From the NCBI RefSeq assembly GCF_009914755.1, contig NC_060938.1: 64,000 nucleotides of DNA; one strand, written 5' to 3'. Positions 15,381-30,248 of this stretch are shown piece by piece. Made by a program: the position numbers and the translations under genes. The notes under the pieces are model-generated. The model was not told where the DNA came from. It was given only the letters and a program-made list of their open reading frames with translations, and ran no database searches. This DNA is from the human T2T-CHM13v2.0 reference genome, Homo sapiens. How positions within the stretch are numbered: the stretch's first letter is position 1; every line of letters starts with the position of its first letter.

Positions 15381-17289
15381 GTGAGGCAGCCTTGTAGAGT
15401 AGGTTCTTCCTTCTCGCTGCTGGCCCCAGATGGGTCTGGTCTTCCTTCCATTTAGCCCATGTTTCCCTTCTGTTCAGCAGGTAAAAGCAAACTATAGTGA
15501 GTTAGCTATAAGAAGAAAACCAGTGATTGCATGAACTTGTTCTTCCTTTCATCTGGTTTCCCTTTATCTCATGCCAGTGGGTGGCGTTTTGCCCTGCATG
15601 CACCAGGAAACACAAAAACAAAACAGGTGCCAGAGTGAGGAGAACTCAACATGCTTTAGCCTGAGGTCTCAGCGTGGTTGCTGGGGGGAACATCACACTT
15701 AGGATTTTCCGTCTGTGTGCATGAGTGTCCCGGGGGCTCTTTGAGTAGCTGATTCTCTATTTGCTAAACACGACCCCTCTGTGGGCCTCAGAAGGCCTGC
15801 CAATTCTTTTCATAAGATCACACCCTAACCGCCTAAGGCTGGCAGTGGAGGAATCTGTACTTGGGAGGGGTGGTTGGAGATTTGCAGCTTCAATTCTTGT
15901 CCCCCAGATTTGCCTTTCTCTTGTAAGTTCACTGGCCACCTCTGCTATCACCCTGTTTGGCTCAAGGAAGGCTGTTTCTCCTCTAGCACTTCTTCCCACG
16001 TCTTGATAGAGGCTTGTCTTCATTCTCCACAATTTGGCTGATTCCAGGCCACTGCATTTATTCAGCCTTTTCAGAAGACCCAAAGGCCAGAAAGTTAATA
16101 ATACTTCTTTCAATGGAGCCTCTAGATATGGTTGTCTGAGAGCTCAGGCCCTTTGCCATGCATCTTCCACCCTGTACCTCTTCTGCTGCCAAGTGACTAC
16201 ATCTTTGAATCCAAGTATATCCACAGAGTCCAGGCCAGGCTCCCTTGCCAGTCAGTCCAAAACCTACCTTTCCAACTCAACAGCCTCCTCTGCTCATGAT
16301 GACTAATGGTGGAGATGTTTACTCCCTTCAGGGAAGGTCTCACCCCAGTGCCATGACTTGGGAAGACCCACATCAGAACATAATCCAATCTCTATGCCAA
16401 AAAAAAAAAAAAAAAAATCCACACAGCAGGAATCTAATTGTTGTCTTACAGAAGCCCTCTTGATCACTGCTTTACGAGTCTGATTGTCCTCCCCAACAAA
16501 AGATACCTGACCTTGATTAATAGGGAGAAAGGAAATCCTTTTGAAGAGGAGCCAGTGAAACAATTTTGTCCTTCTATTAAGTGGCAAACATTTGTATTTA
16601 GAGGCTGTTAGATCTGAAAGGACGGTAGAGATCATTTAGTGAAATTTAGATCTCTCATTTTGCAGATGCCCAGAAAGGGAAAGTAATTTTCATAATGTTG
16701 GCTAGTGGCAAAGATGGGACTAGAATCCAGCTCTTATGATTCCTAGTTCAGTGCTCTTTAAAATATCGATGCATGCCAAATGGCAGAGTATAGAGACTGT
16801 GACATGATAATCCTTAATTCAAACAGAGACCAGGTCACCACAACATGGAGAAACACTTCTCGACAATCAGGAAATCCAAAATGACAATAAAGATCTCCCA
16901 GATGAACGGCTCTACCTTGCAAATGTGGACAGCAGAGAGAAAATATTGCAGAAATTCCCTGCTGCTGGTCACCTCTGCCTCCTGGATGCCACTTACATTG
17001 ATCTGTTTTTCCTGCTTATCCGCCTCCACTCTGGTCACCTGAGTCACCATCACTTCATCATCCAAATCCACTCTTGCCTCACAATGAAGTCCCAGATCTT
17101 CTACGTGGACCAGAAGGGTCTCTGTGTCATGGTTTCTTTCTTTTCCAGCTTCACCTTTTTTACCCTTCCCTCTGGTTCTCTGCTCCAACCTGGCATGCAT
17201 GGCTTCCCAAACTTTCTGAAATAGGCCATTCCCCTCTCGCTCCCTCTCTTTCTTGGCTCTGCCTTGAAAAGTCACAGTTTCACCCAGAT

Positions 17290-17500
17290 CAGTGATTCCC
17301 AAACATGGGTGATTTTACCACCACCCCACCACCCAGGGAATACTTGGCCATTTCCAGAGACATTTTTTGGTTGTCACAAGTGGCATGTAGTGAGAAGAGG
17401 CTAGGGGAGCTGCTAAGCATCCTGCAAGGCTCAAGACATCCTCATGTAACAAAAAATCATCTAGTCCAAAATGTCAATAGTGCTGAGGCTGAGAAATACC
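17290..17500 (+). mobile_element. MER20 (hAT-Charlie)
   Basis: gacattttttggttgtcacaa...aaaatgtcaatagtgctgaggctgagaaa matches MER20. Confidence 0.85.
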
Positions 17501-18427
17501 CAATCTTTAGATCCCAGCTATAATGCTACTTCTTCCAAGAAGGCCTCCCATTATACTTTAGATCAAGGTAAGGCCCCTCCTGCCTGGGTATGCTCCTTCT
17601 CTACCTTTGTCCTTCATAGCAGTTAGCCCACATGTGAATATTTGAGATAACATGACCTCTGCCCTCCCTGCCCATCTGTTAGCCCCAGGTGGGTGGGGGG
17701 GCGGGTGTCAGCTCATCAGCTGATCCCACTGCCCCGCCCAGTGCCCAGCAGTTAGGCATCAATTTTTGCTTGTTAGCTTTGGAACACAGCAGAAGGGAGT
17801 TTCCACAGATGACCTCTCTTTCTCCCCAGGGGCTGTGTGGGTTTCCGATGGCTTCAAATGCATCCCCACAGACACCCCAGAGGTCAAGTGCACAGTCTTG
17901 GAAGCCTGACAGAAGTGGGCTGATATCCTAATTCTACCCCCTTCCAGCTGGGTGACCTTCAGCAAGTTACTTCATTTCTCTGGAACTCAGTTTCATCATC
18001 TATAAAAGAAGGATAAAAATAGAACCTGTTTCATGGAGTTGATGTGAGGATTAAAAGACATAGTGTATGTGAAGTATTTAGCACCTCTGACACCAGAGAA
18101 GGGATTAATAACCATGAGGAGGACACACTGTGGGGCGATGCCACTTATCCTGAGGTCCACTGCAACCCCAGGTCCTGGCTAATGGCTACAGGGATGGGGA
18201 AGGAGCAATCAGGAGGCAGCCAGTCCACGTCGTCTTAACTTCCTCAGCCCTCACACGTGCCTGCTGTCATCCCATCTTACCTATCCCATGGGCTTACTAG
18301 ATGTACCAGTAGCCACCCACCCAAAGCAGAGAGGTGCCTAAAAATCACCTGCAGGTAGCGCTGAGGCCAGCCTCCAGCCTGGCTGTCACCCCCTCCACCC
18401 CTGGATTCCCTTAAGAGTCCTGGCCTG

Positions 18428-18738
<311 letters not shown>

Positions 18739-20589
18739 CTAGCACCCCAACTTCTTATCCAGATTCTACCTCTTGGCCCAGCTATTTCTCCATCTTTCTG
18801 GGCCCTGTCTGTGGTGTCAGCTGAGGCTCCACACCCTATAACCAGCCTAGCCCTGCCTCCCTTGCCTCCCCCAAAGTCTGAACCCTGGTCCACAGCCAGG
18901 TATGCCAGTTCCCACCGGATCTGCAGGGGAACTAGAAATATTTTTACCAAATAAGTGCCAGAAATTGATTGCTGTGGTTCCTTTAACCCTTTGTGGGAAG
19001 GGGGAGGCTTCCCCATTTCCAGGCCTCTTTGCTTCCCCTGCCCCTGTCACCACCATTTTATGCATTCAAAAACTGTTATTTTATTTTATTTTTATTTTTA
19101 TTTGTTAAATGGTCCTTTTCCTAGACTGCCAGGGTCAGCAAACAGAAGTGTCTGTTCAAAGAGGGAGGGCTGGACGGGAAGAGGGCTGCTAGGCCCGGTC
19201 AGAGAGGACTTCAGGCAGGGAGCGTGGAAGCTGTGGACAGGACAGCTTTTAGCTCTGGGAGCAGGTGCTGGAGCCAAGTCACACACAGGTAGCAGTCAGT
19301 GAGGTTCACATCCAGGAACCTTTTTACAGAAACCCCTCTCTCTCTCTGTACAGCTGTATAAGCACCAGCACAGGCTCCGACAACATGCAGGTGAGGAAGG
19401 GGACAGAAGGGCCTAAGATCCCACCATGGAGAGAGAGGGAGGAGAGGGGAGGGGGGCTTGTAGCATCAGCTTATCAGAAGGACCCCCTGGTGCACCAGAA
19501 GATTGTAGTCCTGGGTGAACAAGAGCTGCCCTCGGGGGTTAGCAGCCTGTTGCTTCTGTTGACTTGGCTTTCTGCCCTGCAGCCAGTGAAACCTGACAGG
19601 TCAGTTTCTAGATCTGGGCTGATTCTCTTTCACTTCCTGGTTCTCATACCTTCATCTTGACAGTCTGTGTATTTCTCCTCATTCTGTGAAAGAATGGAGT
19701 TTTTTGGTCCTAAATGCTCAAAAAAAATCTGGTCTCTTAAAAAATCTCAGCAATTCTGATACCTGGGAAGTTATTTAAGGGGTCAGAATGACTGACGTTA
19801 GACCCCTGAAGATTGAAATCAGTGACTTGTCTCTATCCTGAGGTGTCTTCTGTCAGTGTGGAAAAGTCTGGGCACAAAGAAGGAACAGAGCATCAGCATT
19901 CTCCCCCAGCCACCCAGCCGGGTTGTGAACAGAAGCACCAGTTTTGCCTCCTAAGTCTCTGTTTTTATTTGCTTTGAAGAAGCAGACAGGTGCCTTTTTC
20001 CTGTCTCTTTTTTTGTACTCCCTCCGAAGTATGCAACATACTTTGCCGTTGGTCAATGCCTACTAGATATTTGAGTGGTTAAATGGAGGCGAGGTGGCTC
20101 AGCAGGGTTGGGATTAGAGGGAGGTGCCTAGGGCACGAAATTTCAATCATTCTTCAAGGCCATTTAGTCATCCTCCAGGCGTGTCATCACTCTAGTCCCA
20201 GCCCTGTGGCTCCCTGTGGCTCAGGGCTGGTAAGGGAAAGCTCAAAGGGACATGGTTTACTCAAAGATGGCTGTTTGTGGGATGGGGAAGCTCTCCACCA
20301 TGAGACCTGCCTGCCATAGCTTCCTCTTGCCTGGGACACCTAGGTCTCTCATGTCCAGACATGTGGCTTGTATGAGCTGGTCACTAGCCTACCAGAAAGC
20401 CCCCTCTCTCAGGAACTGCAGAGACAAATATACATGAAAGGGAACTTGAGGGAAGTCAGAGGCAGATGTTACTGGTACAAGACTAAAAAGAATTCTAAGA
20501 ATGTTAACTAACATTTTTTTCATGCTTGCTATGTGCCAAGCCCACATTAAGTACTTTATGGCCATTATTTTATATAATCCCTCCAACAA

Positions 20590-20876
20590 CTAGATTAGGA
20601 AGGACTTGGATTCTGGAGCCAGACAGCTTCAGCTTAAATCCCATCTTTGTCTCTTTCACGTTGTGTGGACTTGGGAAATTTCTTCAGCTCTCTGGGCCTC
20701 AGCTTCCTCACCTATAAAATTGAAACAGTAATAGTACCCACATTGGAGTATTCTGAGGATTATATCAGTAATACATGTAAAACAATGAGACCAGCATCTG
20801 TACAAGGTAAGCACTCAACAAATATTGGCCATGATGGTGATGATGATGATGAAGATGATGATGAAGAGATGATGAT
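20590..20876 (+). mobile_element. MIR ending in a (GAT)n simple repeat
   Basis: tctggagccagacag...gtaagcactcaacaaatattggcc, then an imperfect (GAT)n at 20831-20876. Confidence 0.75.
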
Positions 20877-20883
20877 TGCCTCT

Positions 20884-21336
20884 GGTAGCTTATTCCTAAG
20901 GCTGCCTACAACAAAGTCCCACAAACTGGGTGACTTGAGATAATAGAAATGTATGATCTCACAGTTCCAGGGGCTAGGAGTCCAAGATCCAGGTGCTGGT
21001 GGGTTGTTATTCTGAAAGATGTGAGGAAGAATCTGTTCCATGCCTCTCTGTGAGGTTCTGGTAGCCTCAGGCATTCCTTGGCTTATGGATGGCTCTCTTC
21101 TCCCCATGTTTTATCATGTCGTCTTTCCTCTGTGTGTGTCTGTCTTTGTGTACATATTTCCCCTTTTTATAAGGATACCAGTCACACTGGATTAGGCCCT
21201 ACTGTAATGACCTCAACTTGATCACCTCTGTAAAGATCCTGTCTCCAAATAAGGTCACATTCTTGTGTACTGCAGGTTAGGACTTCAACATATCTTTTGG
21301 TGGTGGAAGGGTGGGCATAATTCAACCCATAATACA
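20884..21336 (-). mobile_element. MaLR LTR (MLT1C-like), about 210 bp upstream of exon 2
   Basis: Same MLT1 motifs as 14939-15380; ends aattcaacccataataca. Confidence 0.8.
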
Positions 21337-21366
21337 AGGTTAAGTGACTTGCTCAAGCCTTGTTAA

Positions 21367-21846
<480 letters not shown>

Positions 21847-22449
21847 TAGGGATCAGATATATATGATAAGACCTAAGAGGAGCACACAGCCCATGCATTT
21901 GCCTAGGGTTTGAGTTCCAGGGAGCACAGGCCCCTCTTCTCTTCAAATAGAGTATAGAATTCCTCATCTTTTTCAACTCAGAATCCAGCTCTCTTCACTT
22001 ATTCAACAAATATATATATATTGAATTCATACTATGTGCCAAGATTTGTGCTAAGCACCAAGGGAATCAATGAAAAGACACTGCCGCTACCCATGAGGCG
22101 CTCACATCTGGTTGATGACACAGAATACAAACAGGCAAATTTGATGCTAAGCCCAGCACCTTTCAGGAAGCATGCTCTGACTTCTCCAGTCAGATGCTAT
22201 TCCTTAGGACATGTGTTATCTATAGCATTCACTTAGATCATATCCACCAGTCATTCATTCATTCATTCCACAGATATTTATTGAGGGGGTACGATATTGC
22301 TAGGTATATAGTAGTGAACAAAAGAAAGTTGTTGCCTTCAAAGAGCTTATATTATAATGGCTCACTGTCTATTGTAAGTGGGAAAAAAAAGTGTGGAGAG
22401 GGGACAGAACCCAGGGAGGGGCTCTCTACCAAGGGATGGCTAGAAGTCA

Positions 22450-23150
<701 letters not shown>

Positions 23151-23269
23151 AAGAGTAAAGAGGGGGGAGCTATTTTAGACCAAGTGATCAGAAAGAGCCT
23201 CTCTGAGGAAGTAACATTTAAACAACTTTGACTTGATGTTGCTATTTTTGTTGTTTATATGGTTAATAA

Positions 23270-23564
23270 TTTTTCTTTTTTCAGACAGAGTCTCGCTCTG
23301 TCGCCCAGGCTGGAGTGCAGTGGTGTGATCTCAGCTCACTACGACTTCCGCCTCTTGGGCTCAAATGATCCTCCCACCTCAGCGTCCCCAGTAGCTTGGA
23401 CTACAGGCATGCACTACCATGCCTGGCTAATGTTTTTTATTTTTTGTATAGATGAAGTCTTGCTATGTTGCCAGGGCTGGTCTTGAACTCCTGGGCTCAA
23501 GCAATCCTTCTGCCTCGGCCTCCTAAAGTGCTGGGATTACAGGCATGAGCCACCACACCCAGCC
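23270..23564 (-). mobile_element. AluJ-type, antisense in intron 2
   Basis: Reverse-complement Alu (gggctcaaatgatcctccc; gggctcaagcaatcc). Confidence 0.95.
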
Positions 23565-24355
23565 TTTTTTTTTTTTTTTTAAACTCAATCTTCCTTTCAA
23601 AAGTCTTTAAAAAACTTTAGAATCAAGTCACAAATGTCCAAATGTATACTTTTTTTATCTTTTTAAAGAACACCTTGTTGTTGATTTATTTTCCGTACAT
23701 AAATCGTGTTCCACCAACTGTAAGCAGCTTGAAGACTAACCATTGGACTCATTCAATAGAATTTTCTGGAGCACTGCTATCTGCCAGCACGGTTCTGGAG
23801 GATACGCCTGGCATTTTTTAGCATGATATAGTATTCATTTCTACTTCCAGAAGTAACTATTCCAGGCAGCCCTGTCACTCTTATGTTATGGTGTGTGTGG
23901 AACTTAGCAGTTGTTCCCTGCCATGCCATCCTCACTAATAACAGGAACTGGGAAGAAATGCCCCAGTTTTGGTGAGGTGGTCATCTGACCCTGCTTATAA
24001 CGACAAAAATAAGACAATAAAGCAAAGTCATTTTAAACTCTTCAAGCTTAAAAAAATTACATTAGACTAATATTTGTTGATCATTGTTTTAAGCACTTTT
24101 AGACTTACCTATTTTGGGCTTCAGAGCAATTTCATGAGGCAGGTATTACAGTCCTCAGGAGAGACAGGCTTTGCAGCCAGACACACCATTTACTATGTGT
24201 CTCCTTGGCATCTGACTCAATCTCGCTAGGTCCCTATTCCATTTTGTCACAGTGAGGAGAAGGATACATACCTTGCGGGATTGTATTGAGGATTAAATGA
24301 GATCATGAAGGTTAGAAACCTGGCACAAGGTTGGCATTCAAAAATGGAGCTTGTT

Positions 24356-24657
24356 GGCTGGGCGCGGTGGCTCACTCACGCCTCTGATCCCAGCACTTTG
24401 GGAGGCCAAGGTGGGCAGATCACCTAAAGTCAGGAGTTTGAAACGAGCCTGGCCAATATGATGAAACCCCGTCTCTACTAAAAATACAAGAATTAGCTGG
24501 GCGCAGTGGGATGTGTCTGTAATCCCAGCTACTGAGGCAGGAGAATTGCTTGAACTTGAGAGGTGGAGTTTGCAGCAAACCAAGATTGCACCACTACACT
24601 CCAGCCTGGGCGAACAGGACAAGGCTCCATCTCAAAAAACAAACAAACAAAAAAAAA
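24356..24657 (+). mobile_element. Alu (AluS-type)
   Basis: Dimeric Alu with small indels and an A/AAAC tail. Confidence 0.93.
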
Positions 24658-24995
24658 TAGAGGTTGTTTCTTGCAGATGGTACAGGAGGCTCAGAGAAGT
24701 TGGCAACTTGCCTGATGTTAAACTCCAACTGGGGTCTCACTAAACTAACTGCGCCGGCTGGGAAACCACTGGGATACGCTGCTGCATAGAAAGAGGGAGA
24801 GAAATTCTCTCTCCTCTCCCACCCATTCTCTCTCACATCCCCTGGGTCATGCCAACCTGTCCACATTTGCTAAGGGGAGACAGTGAAGGAGAGGGTCGAC
24901 ATCTAGTTGCCCTCTCAGCCACCATGGATAGGCAGAAGGGACCTTGGTTGAGTGAGCCTGGCCTGTTGGATGTCTGCAGACACAGCCTTTGCTAA

Positions 24996-25139
<144 letters not shown>

Positions 25140-25988
25140 CCAGGAAGCAGCTCCAGAGCTGCGCCCACGCCTGACCGGGGACTTCCAGGCATCCCCTGGC
25201 AGAGAGCCCCGTCCTGGATTCTGTCCCTTTCTCCCCACTTCTTCTGGCTCCTCATTTTTCCTCCTGTTGCACCCCAGCTCTTTGTCTCCTCCCAGTACGA
25301 AAAGGAGAGATGCAAATTTGGAATCTGGTAGGTCGCCCAGACAATGGAGACATCCTCTCCTCTAGCAGGTCAGCGACTGAGAGGGGCCTGACTTCTGCTG
25401 GGACAGCTGGAGAGGAGTCTCATGGGCTGGGATGCTGTTGTGGCTTTGACTTTGGCCAGTGCTTCTGACAGAGGCGGAGCCTGGCAAGTGTACCATCCCA
25501 CAGGCAGCAGGCACACAGCCCATGGGCTGGATCCTTCCACACTTTCCTGACAGACCAGAACCAGAGCATCTCGAGGCAACTGTTAGAAATCCAGGGACGA
25601 GACAAACAGAGAAGCGCTGGTGAAGCCAACATAGAGACTGTCAATGTGTACACTGGAGTTCCCACCCCCACCCCCCACCCGTCACTTAGCCCCTGCCTCC
25701 TTCCCCCACTCGTTGTCTTGGCTTGTGCTTTCTCCTCTCCCCATCGGGGATCCGAGACTCTGCCAGGATTCACATGCCACTGAAGCCCACTCAGTGCCCT
25801 CTGGTGACCACACATACCATTCCCCCGGACTCCCACCCAGCAGGCAGCTGTGACCGCAGAAGGGCAGGATGAAGTGGGCCAAGGTTTGGGACAGGTTGAC
25901 TGTGTAGGTGACAGGGAGGGAAAGATGATGGCCAGGGGAAAGAGCATCGTATAGGCTAGGGGATTGAACTGTGGACTGATTCAGTGTA

Positions 25989-25994
25989 AATAAA
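25989..25994 (+). terminator. Proximal polyadenylation signal AATAAA
   Basis: First canonical hexamer I found after the stop. It overlaps TGTAAATA and is followed by GT/T-rich sequence (gtagtagttcctgtcagttctgttgg). Confidence 0.6.
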
Positions 25995-28249
25995 AACAAA
26001 TTAACAGGTAGTAGTTCCTGTCAGTTCTGTTGGAAGCAGCCCACTCCCTCACTTTTACTCCTTCCTCCAACCCTCAATCAGAGCTACTTACAGCCAGGCA
26101 GGATGGGGCTTTCCCCAAAGCAATTGGCCGTTTGTCCAGTGGCAGACAATGGTGGCTACAGCCTTTGTGCTTTTAAGAGTGGGCTGGGATTGTGGAGACT
26201 GCCCAGGGGCTTGGCTTTGTCAGAACTTGTACAATCTTCTTTTGATGAAATTATCTGAACTCAACATCTAGCACATAGAATGTGTTCAACAAATGCTTGT
26301 TGAATGAATAAATTATGACTGCAGACTGGCTCTCCTGCCTTAAACTAATTTCATCCCAGCCTAGTCTCCTGATGTCTGTGCTCGTTATGCTATGCCATGT
26401 TGCTTCAGTCAAACAAGAAACACTTACTGAGGGCATATTGTTTGCCCATCATTGTGCAATATGCTGTGGGACATGGGATGTCGTCTCAGTCTTCAAGGAA
26501 ATGGAAGGGTTAAGAAATGCATATGAGATTATTACCAATGACACCGTTAATTTATATGATGCTTTAAAATTATCAGAGCACTTTCATGTATTTTTCGTGT
26601 GACTAGTGAAAAAGACAATGTTGTACAAAATTAAAATATATACAGATGCAATAATGTGAATAGTTAGGATTTATTAAATGCATTATCTTCAGATCTTTAC
26701 ATGTATAATCTCATTTCTTTCATGCAGTTACTCTGGGATACTGTTCCCATTTGATGGGTAAGAATATTGAAAACCAGAAAAATTAATTATCCCAAGGTTG
26801 CATGGCCTTTAGTGGCATAGCTAGGATTTGAACCAGGCCTGCCTGACTCCAGAGCTCTGGCTAGTATCTATGCTATACTTAGTTGCCTCTCTGTAAGTAT
26901 AATATTGGGCAATTATAACCATTTGAGAACAGGACAATATGTATTAACCTGAAAAGTGTTCATGATGTCAGTGATAGTACATGGCCTCCTTATGTATTTA
27001 CTCAAGGGCCCCAAAAGACCAGAGGCCAGAATCCCTAGTAGTCAGAGCAGTGACAGGTCAGAAAAAGGCAGCTGAGGTCCAATAGTTATGTCTGTGTATT
27101 GCTCATTCTACTTACTGATGGAGCCAGCATGTATCTCAACAACTCACCTAGCATTCATCACCCATCCCCAGCATTGGGAAAGGGTCACAATTAAGACCGA
27201 AAGGAAACACAAAGTTAAATATGGGTTAATTATGTAAGCAGATGCCCCACCACGGCAGGATCCAATCACAGCCGAGGGGCCCAGAAGAGAGCAGCGTAAG
27301 TTATATTCACATAGTTCCCCAAAGGCTTTCAACGGGGGCTACAGGAAGGTGCTAGAAATATTGAGGGGCCTGCCATTACTCACCTAGAGCTCACTCTCTG
27401 GAGAAGAGGAAAAGGAAGAAGCTATTTCAGCTGCCACATTCTCCCCAATCCCTACTATATTATGCTGTCTTTCCTCTTCCTCCTAGCTGGCTTTACATGA
27501 CCCTAACCCAAAACTACCCTATGGCCCCACACGGGAATGTGTTCAAACGCCCCGACCCCCACCCCCACCCCCATTCCCAAGCCTCCAACTTAGAACGTTT
27601 GTGATTTGGCAGATGGTTTGTTAGGATCTGAAGGATGAAGAGAAGGGTAGAGGTCACCTGGAGAATGAGTTCAAACTGCCAGGGTCTTCCCTTGGTCTTT
27701 GTGCGTCAGGAAGGACTCCGAGTAATTATTCCCTATGCAGAGACAGGAGAGAGGTCTTGTTTACATGAGTGTGCTGGGGCAGGGCTGGACAATCCAGGAT
27801 ATGATTGTAGCCATCCCATGTAGAAAGATCAAAAACCAGAACGAAATGAAGACAGCCTCTCAGAACCTCATAGAACAAGCGTCCAGGTCATCTGCTTGTT
27901 TGGTGACTTAGATATACAGGCTTACTGGAACTCCATTCACTGTGACCTGAAGTTAAATAATCCCAAAGAGAAAAAGCTACCTGGGGTATTGGTTGATGTT
28001 TGGGGTGATAGGGCTGAATTTTCTGTGCATTTGTCCAACAAAGGCTTTAGAGCACAAAACCAGGTTCATTCTCCCTACCAAATCTTCAGCTTCCTTCTCC
28101 TCATCCCTCCCCAAAACAAGAACTGTGATTTAATTCCGTACGTTGCGGATGTCACTGCTGACCTATGTAGCTGGAGTACTAATCAGGCATCTGACCTGCA
28201 CTGTCATCCCCTGCCTGGACTTTTGCGATGGACTCTTTGGGGGAAAAAC

Positions 28250-29340
28250 TAACGCTTTTTAATTATTGTGAAAGCATCATGTGTGTATTGTAGAAGTTTT
28301 AGGAAAAAAAGGACAAAATCCAATCCATAAGCTTACCACCCAAGACAAACGTGTATTCTTTTGAATATACCTTTTAGTTCTTTTTGGTGTAAATGTACAC
28401 ACGCACACACAGTTGTGGATTTTTTTAAACAAAAACTGGATACACTGAATATACTCTTTAATAACTTTTCAAGTGTGTATTTATATTTTAGAATATGTAA
28501 TCCTACACAGATACAAAATTCAAAAAGTACAAACTGCTCTGTAGTCAGAAGTAAATCTTCTCCCTACCCCGTCTGCCAGCATCTAGTTTCCCTCTAATTT
28601 ATTTTGCATCCTAGTGGAGATGCTTACACATTGTCAAACATATGTATATATTCTTTTATCACACACAAATGGCAGCATATTGGACACTTTTTGTTTTTTG
28701 CTCCTTCTGTTCCTTCACTTAATAATATCACGAACATTTTCGGCATATCAAACTTTCTCAACAGCATCTTCATTGTATGGATGGACCCTTTTTTTATCAT
28801 CAATCCTCAAATAGTGATTATTTCATTTGTTCCCAATCTTCATTGTAAATAGTGTTGCAACTGACATTCTTGTAGCTAAATTTTGCACATGTCTATAACG
28901 ATTTCCTTAGGATAAACTCCAAGAAGAGACTTGCTTGGCTATTTTTAAGAATTTTGATACATGTTGCCAACCACCCTCCAGAAAGTTTGTACCAAAACGC
29001 TCTCCTATTTGGATCCTAGAGAGTACCCTGTTTCCTGCACCCTAACACTAGGTATCATCACTTATCAAATCTTTCCCAATTTGGTAGCTGGGATAATAGT
29101 ATGTCAATGTTATTTTAACTTTCTTTGATTCTTCGCGAATAACATTTTCATATGCTTATTGACCATTTGTACTTCTTTCTTTGTGAATTTTCTATTTATT
29201 TGATATTGGTATGTTTATTATCAATTTGTAATTTTATTAAGAATATTATTTTTGTCAAGAAATGCTGCAAATATGCTTTCCAAGTGCTTTGCTTTCAAAT
29301 TTTGTTTATGGTGCTTTTTGACATACATAAATTCTTAATT
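28250..29340 (-). mobile_element. Ancient L1M (L1ME-like) fragments in the distal UTR region
   Basis: AT-rich with antisense L1 motifs (ttttgatacatgttgccaaccaccctccagaaagtttgtacca; catatgcttattgaccatttgtacttctt). Confidence 0.55.
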
Positions 29341-29379
29341 CTGCAATTAATTCGTTCCTCTGTTGCCAGCTTCTCCTGC

Positions 29380-30248
29380 CTACAGTTCATTCTCTTATTT
29401 CTATCAGAGTGACCCTTCCAAAACACAGTTTGACCATGTCACTCCACAACTTCAGCACTTTGGGAGGCCAAGGTGGGTGGATCACAAGGTCAGGAGTTCA
29501 AGACCAGCCTGGCCAAGATGGTGAAACCCCATCTCTTCTAAAATACACACCCACAAAAAAATCAGCTGGGTGCGGTGGCAGGCACCTGTAATCCCAGCTA
29601 CTCAGGAGGCTGAGGCAGGAGAATCACTTGAACCTGGGCATCAGAGGTTGCAGTGAGCCGAGATCACGCCACTCCACTCCAGCCTGGGCAACAGAGTGAG
29701 ACTCTGTCTCAGGAAAAATAAAATCTTTAGTAGCGCCTCGTCACTTCTAGGATAAAGTCCAAACTCCTTAACAACACACACGGTCTTTCATATTTTGTCT
29801 CCACTGATCTTTCCAGCCTCACTTCCTGGTCCTCTTCCCAAAGTATCCTACATTCCACTGCTGTGCAGCTTCTTTTGCCGCCCTGAGCCATTGTGCTGGG
29901 TCTCTGGGCCTTTCCACGCTATTCCTTCCCTCTGCCTCATCGGCTATTCCTTAGCCCTTCAGTCCTCTCTACCTTGCTAACTCCTATAGGCCTTCATTCA
30001 GGATCACTGCTAGAAAGCCTTCCTTGGTCCTTTAGTCTGAATTCTTAAAGCAACACAAGCCTACCTCAGCCTAGCTTTTGCTACAACAAATTAGAGTTTC
30101 TAGTTTACATTCATCTCCCGCACGCCCTGGGTGTCCCTCAAGGCAGGCACTGTGGTATATTCATCTTTGCAGCCAGAATGTTGAGCACCATGCCTGGCAC
30201 ATTGTAGGTACTCAGAAAACGTTGAGCATTCAGCCTGGAATGAAGGAA
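29380..30248 (+). mobile_element. L2 fragment interrupted by an Alu
   Basis: L2 motifs (accatgtcactcc; ggataaagtccaaactcctta; gcctggcacattgtaggtactcag). Confidence 0.65.
29453..29720 (+). mobile_element. 5'-truncated AluS-type
   Basis: Starts at cagcactttgggagg and lacks the first ~30 nt of the consensus. Confidence 0.92.

Larger units (their letters stand above)
25140..29340 (+). other. TTC9: TTC9 3' UTR (short form to ~26010; distal end of a long form is approximate)
   Basis: Follows the stop codon. AATAAA at 25989-94 and 26307-12, ATTAAA near 26630 and 26674. The ~4-kb long UTR is from recall of the annotation and its end is not fixed by the sequence. Confidence 0.55.

Noticed and set aside
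15574-15586. CTCF-like CCAGTGGGTGGCG
   Set aside because: It has a core mismatch and no supporting context; the motif alone is insufficient.
23979-23990. GGTCA-tc-TGACC palindrome as an ERE
   Set aside because: The spacer is 2 nt rather than 3.
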